NCBI GenBank assembly: GCA_964426805.1
Contig: CAYRRY010000001.1
Span: forward strand, 2,504 to 66,503
Origin: an uncultured Candidatus Saccharibacteria bacterium
GTDB taxonomy: Bacteria > Patescibacteriota > UBA1384 > XYA2-FULL-43-10
Direction of reading: 5' to 3'
Length of the DNA: 64,000 bases
Every line of letters starts with the position of its first letter. The first letter of the stretch is position 1. The position numbers were made by a program, and so were the translations under genes. Under the pieces are notes generated by a model. It was not told where the DNA came from. It saw only the letters and a list, made by a program, of their open reading frames with translations, and made no database searches. This document shows positions 56,725 to 64,000 of the stretch, in pieces.

Positions 56725-57975
56725 ATGAGAAAATTTAAAGCAAAGAAAACGAACTATTTTGGTGGTCCCAGAAAAAAGACTACCGGCAATCCCGGACAAT
56801 TTTCTAATTCTCGAGGCAGAGTTAGAAAATCTGGAAACGTAGGACAAAGAAAGAAAGCTGGCAGAGGAAAAAGAGAAAATATAGATGTATCAAAGTTCAT
56901 CCGTCACGCTAAACCAAATCAGCCCATAGAGGTCGCAAAAATTCAAAACACTTTTGCTGATTTTGGCTTTTGTAACGAGATTAACAAAAACTTGAACGAA
57001 ATCGGATACGTCTCCCCTACCCCCATTCAGGACAAATCAATCAAACCAATTATGGAGGGACGCGATCTAACTGGTATTGCAAACACAGGAACCGGCAAAA
57101 CCGCTGCTTTCTTGCTACCGCTGATTAACAAATGTTTCAAAGACAAAAATCAGAGAGTTCTAATCATAGCCCCTACGCGAGAACTCGCTCAACAAATTGA
57201 TCAGGAATTCAGAAAGTTTTCCAAAAACATGAATCTGTATTCCGCTACCTGCGTTGGAGGTCTACCTATTCACAGACAGATAAGCATGCTAAAACGAAGA
57301 CCAAGCTTTGTGATAGGAACTCCCGGCAGACTAAAAGATCTAAAAGATAGAAAAACTGTTAATTTCAGCTATTTCCAAAATATAGTGTTAGATGAGATAG
57401 ACAGGATGTTGGATATGGGATTTGTGGATGAGATAAAACAGATTCTTTCCGATCTACCACAAAACCGACACTCACTATTCTTCTCAGCCACACTGCCTCT
57501 AAAGATTGAATCACTTGTTAAGCAATTTTCAAACGATCCAATCATAGTTCGTACAAAAACTGGAGAAACCGCTGCAAATGTTGAGCAAGATGTGATAAAA
57601 GTAAACGAAAAGGAGAAGTTCAACAAACTAAGAGAGATTTTAGTAAGATCTGAGCTAAACAAGGTTCTAATATTTTCAGAAACCAAAAGAGGCGTAGATA
57701 AACTTTCCAAAAATCTTGCAGCCAACGGATTTAGAGCTGACTGCATTCACGGAGATAAACGTCAAAACCAGAGACAAAAAGCACTTTCTAGATTCAAAGA
57801 GAACAATGTCCAGATACTAGTAGCAACAGACGTTGCCGCTCGTGGTCTAGATATCGACAATGTTTCACACGTTATAAACTATACTATTCCAAATAGCTAC
57901 GACGATTACGTTCATCGAATCGGCCGAACTGGCCGTGGAGACAAATCCGGTGTAGCCCTTACGTTTGTAGAATAA
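56725..57975 (+). CDS. DEAD/DEAH-box RNA helicase (DEID variant)
   Basis: Q motif, ANTGTGKT, PTRELA, TPGR, LDEID, SAT, ARGLD, HRIGRTGR. Basic RG-rich N-terminus. Confidence 0.95.
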   Translation: MRKFKAKKTNYFGGPRKKTTGNPGQFSNSRGRVRKSGNVGQRKKAGRGKRENIDVSKFIRHAKPNQPIEVAKIQNTFADFGFCNEINKNLNEIGYVSPTPIQDKSIKPIMEGRDLTGIANTGTGKTAAFLLPLINKCFKDKNQRVLIIAPTRELAQQIDQEFRKFSKNMNLYSATCVGGLPIHRQISMLKRRPSFVIGTPGRLKDLKDRKTVNFSYFQNIVLDEIDRMLDMGFVDEIKQILSDLPQNRHSLFFSATLPLKIESLVKQFSNDPIIVRTKTGETAANVEQDVIKVNEKEKFNKLREILVRSELNKVLIFSETKRGVDKLSKNLAANGFRADCIHGDKRQNQRQKALSRFKENNVQILVATDVAARGLDIDNVSHVINYTIPNSYDDYVHRIGRTGRGDKSGVALTFVE

Positions 57976-58009
57976 TATTCTAGAATTAAATCATTCAGTA
58001 GGTATTGCT

Positions 58010-59830
58010 ATGTATGATTCTTCGAAAATTCGAAATATTGCCATCATCGCTCATGTTGATCACGGCAAAACAACACTTGTTGACGGACTTCTAAAACAGT
58101 CCGGTACTTTTCGCGATAACCAGCTAGAGATGAGCCAAACAACTATTCTGGATACCGGCGACTTGGAGAAAGAGCGTGGTATCACCATCTCTGCCAAGAT
58201 AGCTTCGGTAAAATACAAAGATTGTAAAATCAATATTATAGATACTCCCGGTCACGCAGATTTTTCAGGTGAAGTCGAGAGAACACTAAGCATGGCAGAC
58301 GGTGTTCTTCTTGTTGTAGATGCCCAGGAAGGCCCTATGCCGCAAACCAAGTTTGTACTGAGCCGAGCCCTAGCCCTGAACTTGAAACCGATAGTTATTA
58401 TAAACAAGATTGATAAAAAGGATGCACGGACTTTCGACGTTATAGGAGAAGTAGAGAACCTATTTTTAGACCTAGCCACTACAGACGATCAGCTAGATTT
58501 TCCTGTTTACTTTGCAGTTGGTCGCGAAGGTAAGGCTTTCGATGAAATACCAGAAGATATTTCTAACACAAAGGGCGACCTGTTGCCCATCTTCGATGCA
58601 ATCCTAAGTCACATACCTGCCCCTACTGCGAACATTGATGGAGAGTTCCAGATGCTGGTATCCGCCCTTGAGTGGGATTCTTTTAAAGGCAAGTACGCTG
58701 TCGGTAAAATTCAGCGTGGAAAAGTATCTAAAGGTGACACAGTATCCCTAATTAATAATGAAGGACTAATAACAGAATCAAATATTGAAAATATCTATAT
58801 TTCAGACGGACTAGAAAAAAACGAAGCATCGGTTGCTGGTGCAGGAGAGATTGTTCGCCTTACAGGTGTTCCAAATGCTAATATCGGCGAAACTATTACC
58901 TCATCCGAAAATCCTGAGCCGCTACCTCACATAGAAGTAGAAGCTCCCACACTACAAATCACCATAGGCCCAAACACTTCACCCTTTGCGGGACTTGAGG
59001 GAAAATTCACAACTTCAAGACAGATCGAAGCCCGTCTAAACAAAGAGCTAGAAACCAACGTTAGCCTTCGAGTTGAAAAAAAGGATACGACTTTTGTAGT
59101 TTCTGGCCGAGGAGAACTTCACCTCTCGATTCTAATCGAAACATTGCGTAGAGAAGGGTATGAGATGGAAGTTGGACGACCAACAGTTGTTACGAAATTT
59201 GAAGATAATGTTGAACTTGAGCCCGTTGAAGAGTTGACTATTGATGTTCCAGACGAATTTTGTGGAGCGATCAACAGTGAACTTGGCAACAGACGAGCGA
59301 TTTTAATTAATTCTGCAGTAACCACTGTAGGTTCAACTAGACTAACGTTTAAAATATCAACAAGAGCACTTTTAGGGCTTAGAAACGTTCTTCTGACCAG
59401 AACCAAGGGCACAGCAATTATGAATAGCTTACTTGTAGGATACGAGCCCATGGGAGATAAACTTCAGAAACTCAGAAACGGAGCGCTTATATCTGCCGAA
59501 AACGGAACAGCAGTCACATATGGGCTAAAGGTTGTAGAAGAACGCGGAACATCCTTTGTGGGCCCCGCCACACGTATATACGAAGGTATGATAGTAGGTT
59601 TAAACAGACGATCTGAGGATATGGAGATAAATGCTTGTAAAGAGAAACAGCTAACCAATGTTCGGGCCGCATCCAGCGACATCGCAACAGCGCTAGTGCC
59701 ATTTATTTCGCTATCCCTGGAGGAATCACTAGATTTTATAGAAGATGACGAGCTTTTAGAAGTTACTCCCGCATCGCTTCGTATGCGAAAAAGGCACCTA
59801 ACAGCTCTCAGTCGAAAAAAGAACAAATAA
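58010..59830 (+). CDS. typA: Translational GTPase TypA/BipA
   Basis: AHVDHGKTT, ERGITI, DTPGHADF, NKID, GRGELHL, KQLTNVRA. Confidence 0.97.
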   Translation: MYDSSKIRNIAIIAHVDHGKTTLVDGLLKQSGTFRDNQLEMSQTTILDTGDLEKERGITISAKIASVKYKDCKINIIDTPGHADFSGEVERTLSMADGVLLVVDAQEGPMPQTKFVLSRALALNLKPIVIINKIDKKDARTFDVIGEVENLFLDLATTDDQLDFPVYFAVGREGKAFDEIPEDISNTKGDLLPIFDAILSHIPAPTANIDGEFQMLVSALEWDSFKGKYAVGKIQRGKVSKGDTVSLINNEGLITESNIENIYISDGLEKNEASVAGAGEIVRLTGVPNANIGETITSSENPEPLPHIEVEAPTLQITIGPNTSPFAGLEGKFTTSRQIEARLNKELETNVSLRVEKKDTTFVVSGRGELHLSILIETLRREGYEMEVGRPTVVTKFEDNVELEPVEELTIDVPDEFCGAINSELGNRRAILINSAVTTVGSTRLTFKISTRALLGLRNVLLTRTKGTAIMNSLLVGYEPMGDKLQKLRNGALISAENGTAVTYGLKVVEERGTSFVGPATRIYEGMIVGLNRRSEDMEINACKEKQLTNVRAASSDIATALVPFISLSLEESLDFIEDDELLEVTPASLRMRKRHLTALSRKKNK

Positions 59831-59847
59831 TTTCCAACCATATAAAT

Positions 59848-59881
59848 ACTAAAAACACACCCATTTGGGTGTGTTTTTAGT
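59848..59881. terminator. Bidirectional intrinsic terminator
   Basis: ACTAAAAACACACCCA-TT-TGGGTGTGTTTTTAGT between convergent genes. Confidence 0.85.
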
Positions 59882-59899
59882 TAAACAAATATCTATCGA

Positions 59900-60064
59900 T
59901 TAAGCTCGTTCGTGTTTTTCTACAAACCTCTTTATCGCATCGATGTTTTCTATCACCATCTTCGCTTTTTTAACACCAAACTGAAAAGGATATTTGTCTT
60001 CCTCATCATTTTTGATAACTATCATCGCGTTTCCCTTGAACTCTGATTCTTCTACAATCGCCAT
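59900..60064 (-). CDS. Small hypothetical protein (54 aa)
   Basis: MAIVEESEFKGNAMIVIKNDEEDKYPFQFGVKKAKMVIENIDAIKRFVEKHERA*, with GGAGG RBS and a downstream terminator. Confidence 0.8.
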   Translation of the reverse strand: MAIVEESEFKGNAMIVIKNDEEDKYPFQFGVKKAKMVIENIDAIKRFVEKHERA

Positions 60065-60139
60065 TTTGCCTCCAAATTAAATATATAAAGATTATAACAA
60101 TTCTGCAGCTCCAGTGCCACTTTCTATTACTTCACGAGC

Positions 60140-60373
60140 CTACTGCATCGATATCCATTGGTTCATAGTGTCAACAGCATCTTGTTTCGCCACCATCAGC
60201 TCATTCCACTCTTGATCATCAAGCTCCCTGAGTCTCCGCTGCAATCTGTTTATCGTATCACTATCACGCGGGCTGATAATGTCACCCGTATGCCCACCCA
60301 ACTTATGCACCTTGTCTATTGTCGCTGTGGATTCTACATAAGGTTTTTTGTTCACGTCTTCTCGACCAGACAT
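60140..60373 (-). CDS. Hypothetical protein, paralog of 60352-60669
   Basis: Shares YV.S....VH..GG.T.DIIS...IN.LQ...LD..EW.ELM..K.DA with the upstream ORF. Confidence 0.75.
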   Translation of the reverse strand: MSGREDVNKKPYVESTATIDKVHKLGGHTGDIISPRDSDTINRLQRRLRELDDQEWNELMVAKQDAVDTMNQWISMQ

Positions 60374-60669
60374 TTTTTCTTGTAACCAAGCCCCCCCATT
60401 CTTTCATTAGCATCAGTTTTTAATGCCATGAGTTCATCCCACTCAGCGTTGTCCAGGTTGCTTCTAAATCTGCCTACGCTTTCTTGTAGCTTATTAATTC
60501 TAGCAAGACTTTCTTGGCTAATAATATCCCTAGTTCGTCCTCCAAATTGATGCACTCGTTTAGCCATTTCAGAGGAACTAACGTATTCCGCTATTTTATC
60601 AGTGTTTCCATCTACTTCTTCTCTTTCGTCTTCCGCTGGATTATGCGAAGTCGGTCTTGCTTCCACCAT
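60352..60669 (-). CDS. Hypothetical protein, paralog of 60140-60373
   Basis: GGAGG RBS and the same shared motif. Confidence 0.75.
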   Translation of the reverse strand: MVEARPTSHNPAEDEREEVDGNTDKIAEYVSSSEMAKRVHQFGGRTRDIISQESLARINKLQESVGRFRSNLDNAEWDELMALKTDANERMGGLGYKKKCLVEKT

Positions 60670-60728
60670 AGTTCCTCCAAATTAAATATATAGAAATTAT
60701 ATCATCTTTTGATTTATTTTCATATTTG

Positions 60729-60758
60729 CTAAACGCCTCATACGAGTGAGGCGTTTAG
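60729..60758. repeat. REP-like palindrome copy D
   Basis: CTAAACGCCTCA-TACGAG-TGAGGCGTTTAG. Loop is inverted relative to copies B and C. Confidence 0.8.
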
Positions 60759-60808
60759 ACTCAAACCACGCTCACATTTATTTGATTATAATATTTTTTA
60801 AACAGCTA

Positions 60809-60831
60809 CGGCCTCGCATGAGGCGAGGCCG
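60809..60831 (-). terminator. GC hairpin after purF (terminator candidate or variant of the palindrome family)
   Basis: CGGCCTCGC-ATGAG-GCGAGGCCG. Contains CTCGCATGAGGCG, the reverse complement of 62404-62416. Confidence 0.55.
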
Positions 60832-60853
60832 CTAGTAACGATACATCTTACTC

Positions 60854-62221
60854 TTAATGAGCGGGATAGTTCCCGTCAAAACATGCTTTACAGAAATCCT
60901 CAGGATCCCACCCAAAAGATCTTATGACTTCATCTAGGCCTTCGAGCGAGAGAAAGTGAAGCTTGTCTGCACCGATCTCTTTGCGAATAGCCTCAACATC
61001 TCCTTTCAGCCGGTGAGCAATCAGCTCCTCGTTGGTTGGGGTATCTATGCCAAGGTTACATCGACAGTAAAACATGGGACAGGGAATAAATACTTCAACC
61101 GAGCTTGGGTTGTTTCTTCGTAGAACCTCGACAACAGGGCCGATAGTTGTTCCACGAACAATTGAGTCGTCCACTACCAACAAGCGAAGACCAGGCTCTG
61201 TCCTGCAAGGAACGTGTTTGCTCCAAACACTAGCTACTCTCATCGACTGCAAAGGCTGAAGAAACGTACGCCTTTTGCCGACGTTAATCAAAAACGGATC
61301 ATATTCTATTCCGCTCTCCCGATACAGTCCAAGAGCTCCACCAAGACCGCTGTTGAGCACTGGCACCACGCGAGCGTCGGAGTCAGGCAAGAGGCCAACT
61401 TCCCTGGCAAGCTGTGCGCCCAAAGCTTTTCGGAAATCCAAGCAGGTAACGCCTCTGAACTTAGAAAACGCTCTTTGGAAATAGATGAACTCGAAGATGC
61501 AGTTGTCAGGATCTGCTGGCGCAAAACGTTCACGTTGCACGGTGCCGTCCGGGTGGACGTAGACCACCTCTCCCGGCTCAACCTCACCATCGACAGTCCC
61601 GCCGACACTCTCTATGGCACAAGTCTCGGAAGCGGCAAGAAAGGCAGTGCGACCATCTATCTCGATATGCCCGGTGTACAAAGGACGAATGCCGTGCGGG
61701 TCTCGCACATAGGCCACAACTCCTCCTGATTGAAGAATACAGAGGGAGTAAGAGCCTTCAAGTTTCGTACAAACCGAGGTAATCCGTTCATGCAATGTCC
61801 CTTTGGCCTGCGCCAGAAGTGCAGCCACGTACTCGGTATCGCTTCCGAACTCCATCTCCTTCTCTGTTCCTGGAACGAGCATGCCTTGAAGATCGTCAAC
61901 GTTGGTAATGTTGCCGTTGTGAGCAAGTGCAATATCACCAACGTGGAACGGGTGTGCACCCGCTTCGCCAGAGCCAGCGCTTGTTGGGTATCGGACATGG
62001 CCGATGCTTGCTCGACCAAGCAGAAGCGTTCGCATGCGCTCAGAAAAAACTTCTTCCGGACTGCCTTGGCCCTTGACTACTCTCAGCTCATTTGGCTCGC
62101 ACCCCCCGGATATCGCTATCCCAGCTGCATCATCGCCCCTGTTTGTCTGCATTTCAAGCATTCCCAATACGAGCGTTGCGGCCGAAAGATCTATGCAACT
62201 TGCACCGGCAATACCACACAT
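60854..62221 (-). CDS. purF: Amidophosphoribosyltransferase (divergent, GC-rich)
   Basis: MCGI Ntn cysteine, GHVRY, HNGN, SDTE, RDP.GIRPL, C.FEFIYF, VVDDSIVRGTT, GID.P, C.ACF.G.YP. AAGGAG RBS before ATG 62221. Confidence 0.92.
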   Translation of the reverse strand: MCGIAGASCIDLSAATLVLGMLEMQTNRGDDAAGIAISGGCEPNELRVVKGQGSPEEVFSERMRTLLLGRASIGHVRYPTSAGSGEAGAHPFHVGDIALAHNGNITNVDDLQGMLVPGTEKEMEFGSDTEYVAALLAQAKGTLHERITSVCTKLEGSYSLCILQSGGVVAYVRDPHGIRPLYTGHIEIDGRTAFLAASETCAIESVGGTVDGEVEPGEVVYVHPDGTVQRERFAPADPDNCIFEFIYFQRAFSKFRGVTCLDFRKALGAQLAREVGLLPDSDARVVPVLNSGLGGALGLYRESGIEYDPFLINVGKRRTFLQPLQSMRVASVWSKHVPCRTEPGLRLLVVDDSIVRGTTIGPVVEVLRRNNPSSVEVFIPCPMFYCRCNLGIDTPTNEELIAHRLKGDVEAIRKEIGADKLHFLSLEGLDEVIRSFGWDPEDFCKACFDGNYPAH

Positions 62222-62397
62222 GCAATTCGCTCTCCTTTTTGGATGTAAAAGTGCAAAGTTCACTTCTCACTGTTAATATAACAGCTATTCAGGTTAAAGT
62301 AATCTTTTTGTTCCAAATTAAACAATATAAAAAAATACCCGCGTAGACAGGCATGTAATAGCAAAACAATTTAGGCTAACCCAATAATTTCGAACTT

Positions 62398-62429
62398 GCT
62401 AAACGCCTCATGCGAGTGAGGCGTTTGGC
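62398..62429. repeat. REP-like palindrome copy E
   Basis: GCTAAACGCCTCA-TGCGAG-TGAGGCGTTTGGC. Confidence 0.8.
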
Positions 62430-62509
62430 GACAAGACAAAAAAAACACCGAGCTATATGCAATGTGTATTTTTTTATACTATATAATCAATCCTCTTTTG
62501 CTCCATAAA

Positions 62510-63000
62510 AACAACACAGGCCCGACGACTGTCGAGACCTGCTAGTAGTGTGCATTCCCCAATTGAGGAGTGCTGTATTATTGCGAGGCGTAGTGAAACC
62601 GCCCAGTCCACCGTAGTGCAGTAGTACATACTGCTGCCGTAAGTGGCATGTCTTTGCGCGGGTTTTTCCTGAGGCGCCAGGGCGACTTACGGTGCCCTAG
62701 CCTGCGTCGATATGCGCGCGTGACTGAGTGCGCGAAGTGTCATGATACCACCTCCAGCAAACGAGATGTGCTCGCGCTAGGCCTTGATACAGTGGAGCGG
62801 AACTTCTGAGGGTTCGAACAACTGGGTTGGTTGACGTCACGAGTCCCGGAGTCCAGGAGGTGGATCGGACAGGGGCCAAAGATGGGTACATCTTGCGCGA
62901 TGGAGCGCGGTGTTTATGTATTGTCATGCTTTTACCGCTCAGCATGACTCGGAAAGCCTCGCCTCCTTAAATGCATCGCCAACAATTATGCTCATGTTCA
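62510..63000 (-). ncRNA. Candidate large structured RNA C (~490 nt), family unknown
   Basis: Strong upstream promoter, paired 5' and 3' ends, many helices, three pseudoknot-type complementarities, and a 3' hairpin with a T-rich tail. Confidence 0.65.
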
Positions 63001-63006
63001 ATATTT

Positions 63007-63034
63007 AGTATACTCTAAACATTTTCGATGTCAA
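63007..63034 (-). promoter_or_regulatory. Near-consensus sigma70 promoter driving RNA C
   Basis: TTGACA-N16-TATACT. Confidence 0.75.
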
Positions 63035-63038
63035 CAAT

Positions 63039-63071
63039 AAAAAAACACCCATTCACGTTAGGTGTTTTTTT
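63039..63071 (-). terminator. Terminator-like hairpin after the DUF2779 gene
   Basis: A7-CACC-loop-GGTG-T7. Confidence 0.6.
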
Positions 63072-63124
63072 AAAAAATATATACAATCTTCTACGTGTAA
63101 AGTGTTACTATAATATATCTATTC

Positions 63125-64000
63125 TCAAACTTTTTTTACCAAGTGTTGATATATTTTAACCATAGCAAAAGTATCTAGCTCGCAATATTTATCAAGATCA
63201 GACAATATCTTCTCTTTTTCATCTTCTCTTTTCCCGTCGAGCACCGATTCCATCCAAAGCCTTTGGGCTGCTGTTCCCCCCTGAATATCCAAATCTTCAT
63301 AAGAAAGCTCAGGGATTAGAGCTGGCAAAACTTTTTTTATAGAAGCACTCCCGAAGAAATCTTTATGGGCGTACGAACCTGTTGAAAATGGCAACATCAG
63401 GTCAACTATCCTATCATTCAAATCTTCATAAAACTTAAGGTGCTCAGGAACCATGCGACCCATTAGTTCGTTGCGACCTTTCTCAAAACCTTCGAACCAA
63501 ACCAAGACCGTGCCCTTGTCACCAATCTGTGATTTTAGTGCCCCAGAGAGGGGCTCCGCTGGATTGCTACTATCTTTATGCAGATACTCAAAGTGTTTCG
63601 CCTCGCCCCCAGGCTTTTCAATCAAGTGCAGAGAATATTGAAATGGAAGTTGCTCGTACGGCTTCAGCCCATCAAAATACGGTATTGTAGAAGATAGCGT
63701 CTCGTAGTCGAGAAAATACAGAGGGTATTTGAGAGTATCTAGAAATGCTTTTATTCTCGGCTTGTTGATAACAGCTTTATCAAATTTGGTAGTCTCAACC
63801 TGGCTTCTCTGTTTACTGTTGAGATTGAAGTCGTTTGGTATTTCAGAGATATTCTTTATTCCCAGCTCCTCAAGTTCTCCGATCTTACTCGCCCCAGATG
63901 AGCAAAGATTGTAAATGCTATATTTTTCGACTTTTTCCAAAGTTTTATAAATATCGAGCCAGTCACCGAATGCACTAAGTCCCGTTTCAGATGGCGATAT
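63125..64000 (-). CDS. DUF2779-family protein, C-terminal part (RNase H-like fold; 5' end outside the window)
   Basis: YPLYFLDYET, PYEQLPFQYSLH, FEK, IVDL..PF, GSASIKKVLP, Y.DL.I..G..A, L.KYCELDT.AM. Frame stays open to 64000. Confidence 0.85.
   Translation of the reverse strand: MSPSETGLSAFGDWLDIYKTLEKVEKYSIYNLCSSGASKIGELEELGIKNISEIPNDFNLNSKQRSQVETTKFDKAVINKPRIKAFLDTLKYPLYFLDYETLSSTIPYFDGLKPYEQLPFQYSLHLIEKPGGEAKHFEYLHKDSSNPAEPLSGALKSQIGDKGTVLVWFEGFEKGRNELMGRMVPEHLKFYEDLNDRIVDLMLPFSTGSYAHKDFFGSASIKKVLPALIPELSYEDLDIQGGTAAQRLWMESVLDGKREDEKEKILSDLDKYCELDTFAMVKIYQHLVKKV

Noticed and set aside
60729-62429. Integron attC sites
   Set aside because: The palindromes are only ~30-38 bp, do not match RYYYAAC/GTTRRRY well, lack extrahelical bases, and no integrase is present in the window.
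62697-62945. 82-aa ORF inside RNA C
   Set aside because: Atypical composition (R/S/T/P-rich), the AAGGAGG is too far from the ATG and lies in the closing helix, and dense base-pairing explains the region better. Not fully excluded.
62510-63000. Purine, PRPP or ZTP riboswitch controlling purF
   Set aside because: Far larger than those aptamers, no recognisable consensus, and it ends ~290 bp before the purF start with a palindrome in between.
1-64000. Alternative genetic code (UGA=Gly) as in Gracilibacteria/Absconditabacteria
   Set aside because: Conserved genes are full length under code 11, and TGA serves as a stop in ATGA overlaps (pduL/ackA, nusB/rnc).

Overview
This is an AT-rich bacterial chromosome segment using genetic code 11. 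Gene content suggests a Patescibacteria/CPR organism (inference): compact AspRS and PheS, a Nudix-inserted LeuRS, a PEGA protein, a sortase and PsbP-like exported proteins. Housekeeping content: lexA, rlmD, hisS, clpC, nusA, mreB-murA, glycosyltransferases, leuS-rpmF-nusB-rnc, aspS-pheT-pheS, secY-adk-map-infA-rpmJ-alpha operon-rplM-rpsI, a DEAD-box helicase and typA. It also carries a fermentation operon (gpmI, degenerate gpmI copy, pduL, ackA, 2-oxoacid:ferredoxin oxidoreductase) and two tRNAs (Leu-CAA, Ala-GGC). The unexplained signal is mostly non-coding. (1) Three GC-rich, heavily base-paired minus-strand RNA candidates (~4095-4390, ~4436-4620, ~62510-63000) have promoter candidates, two have predicted pseudoknots, and none matches an RNA family I recognise; the largest lies next to a DUF2779 nuclease-family gene. 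(2) Two ~105-bp structurally homologous units follow tRNA-Leu, each ending in a copy of the tRNA 3' end. (3) A dispersed REP-like palindrome family (5 copies plus 1 variant) clusters around GC-rich foreign-looking genes, including a solitary purF. All structures were read by eye and no database search was possible.
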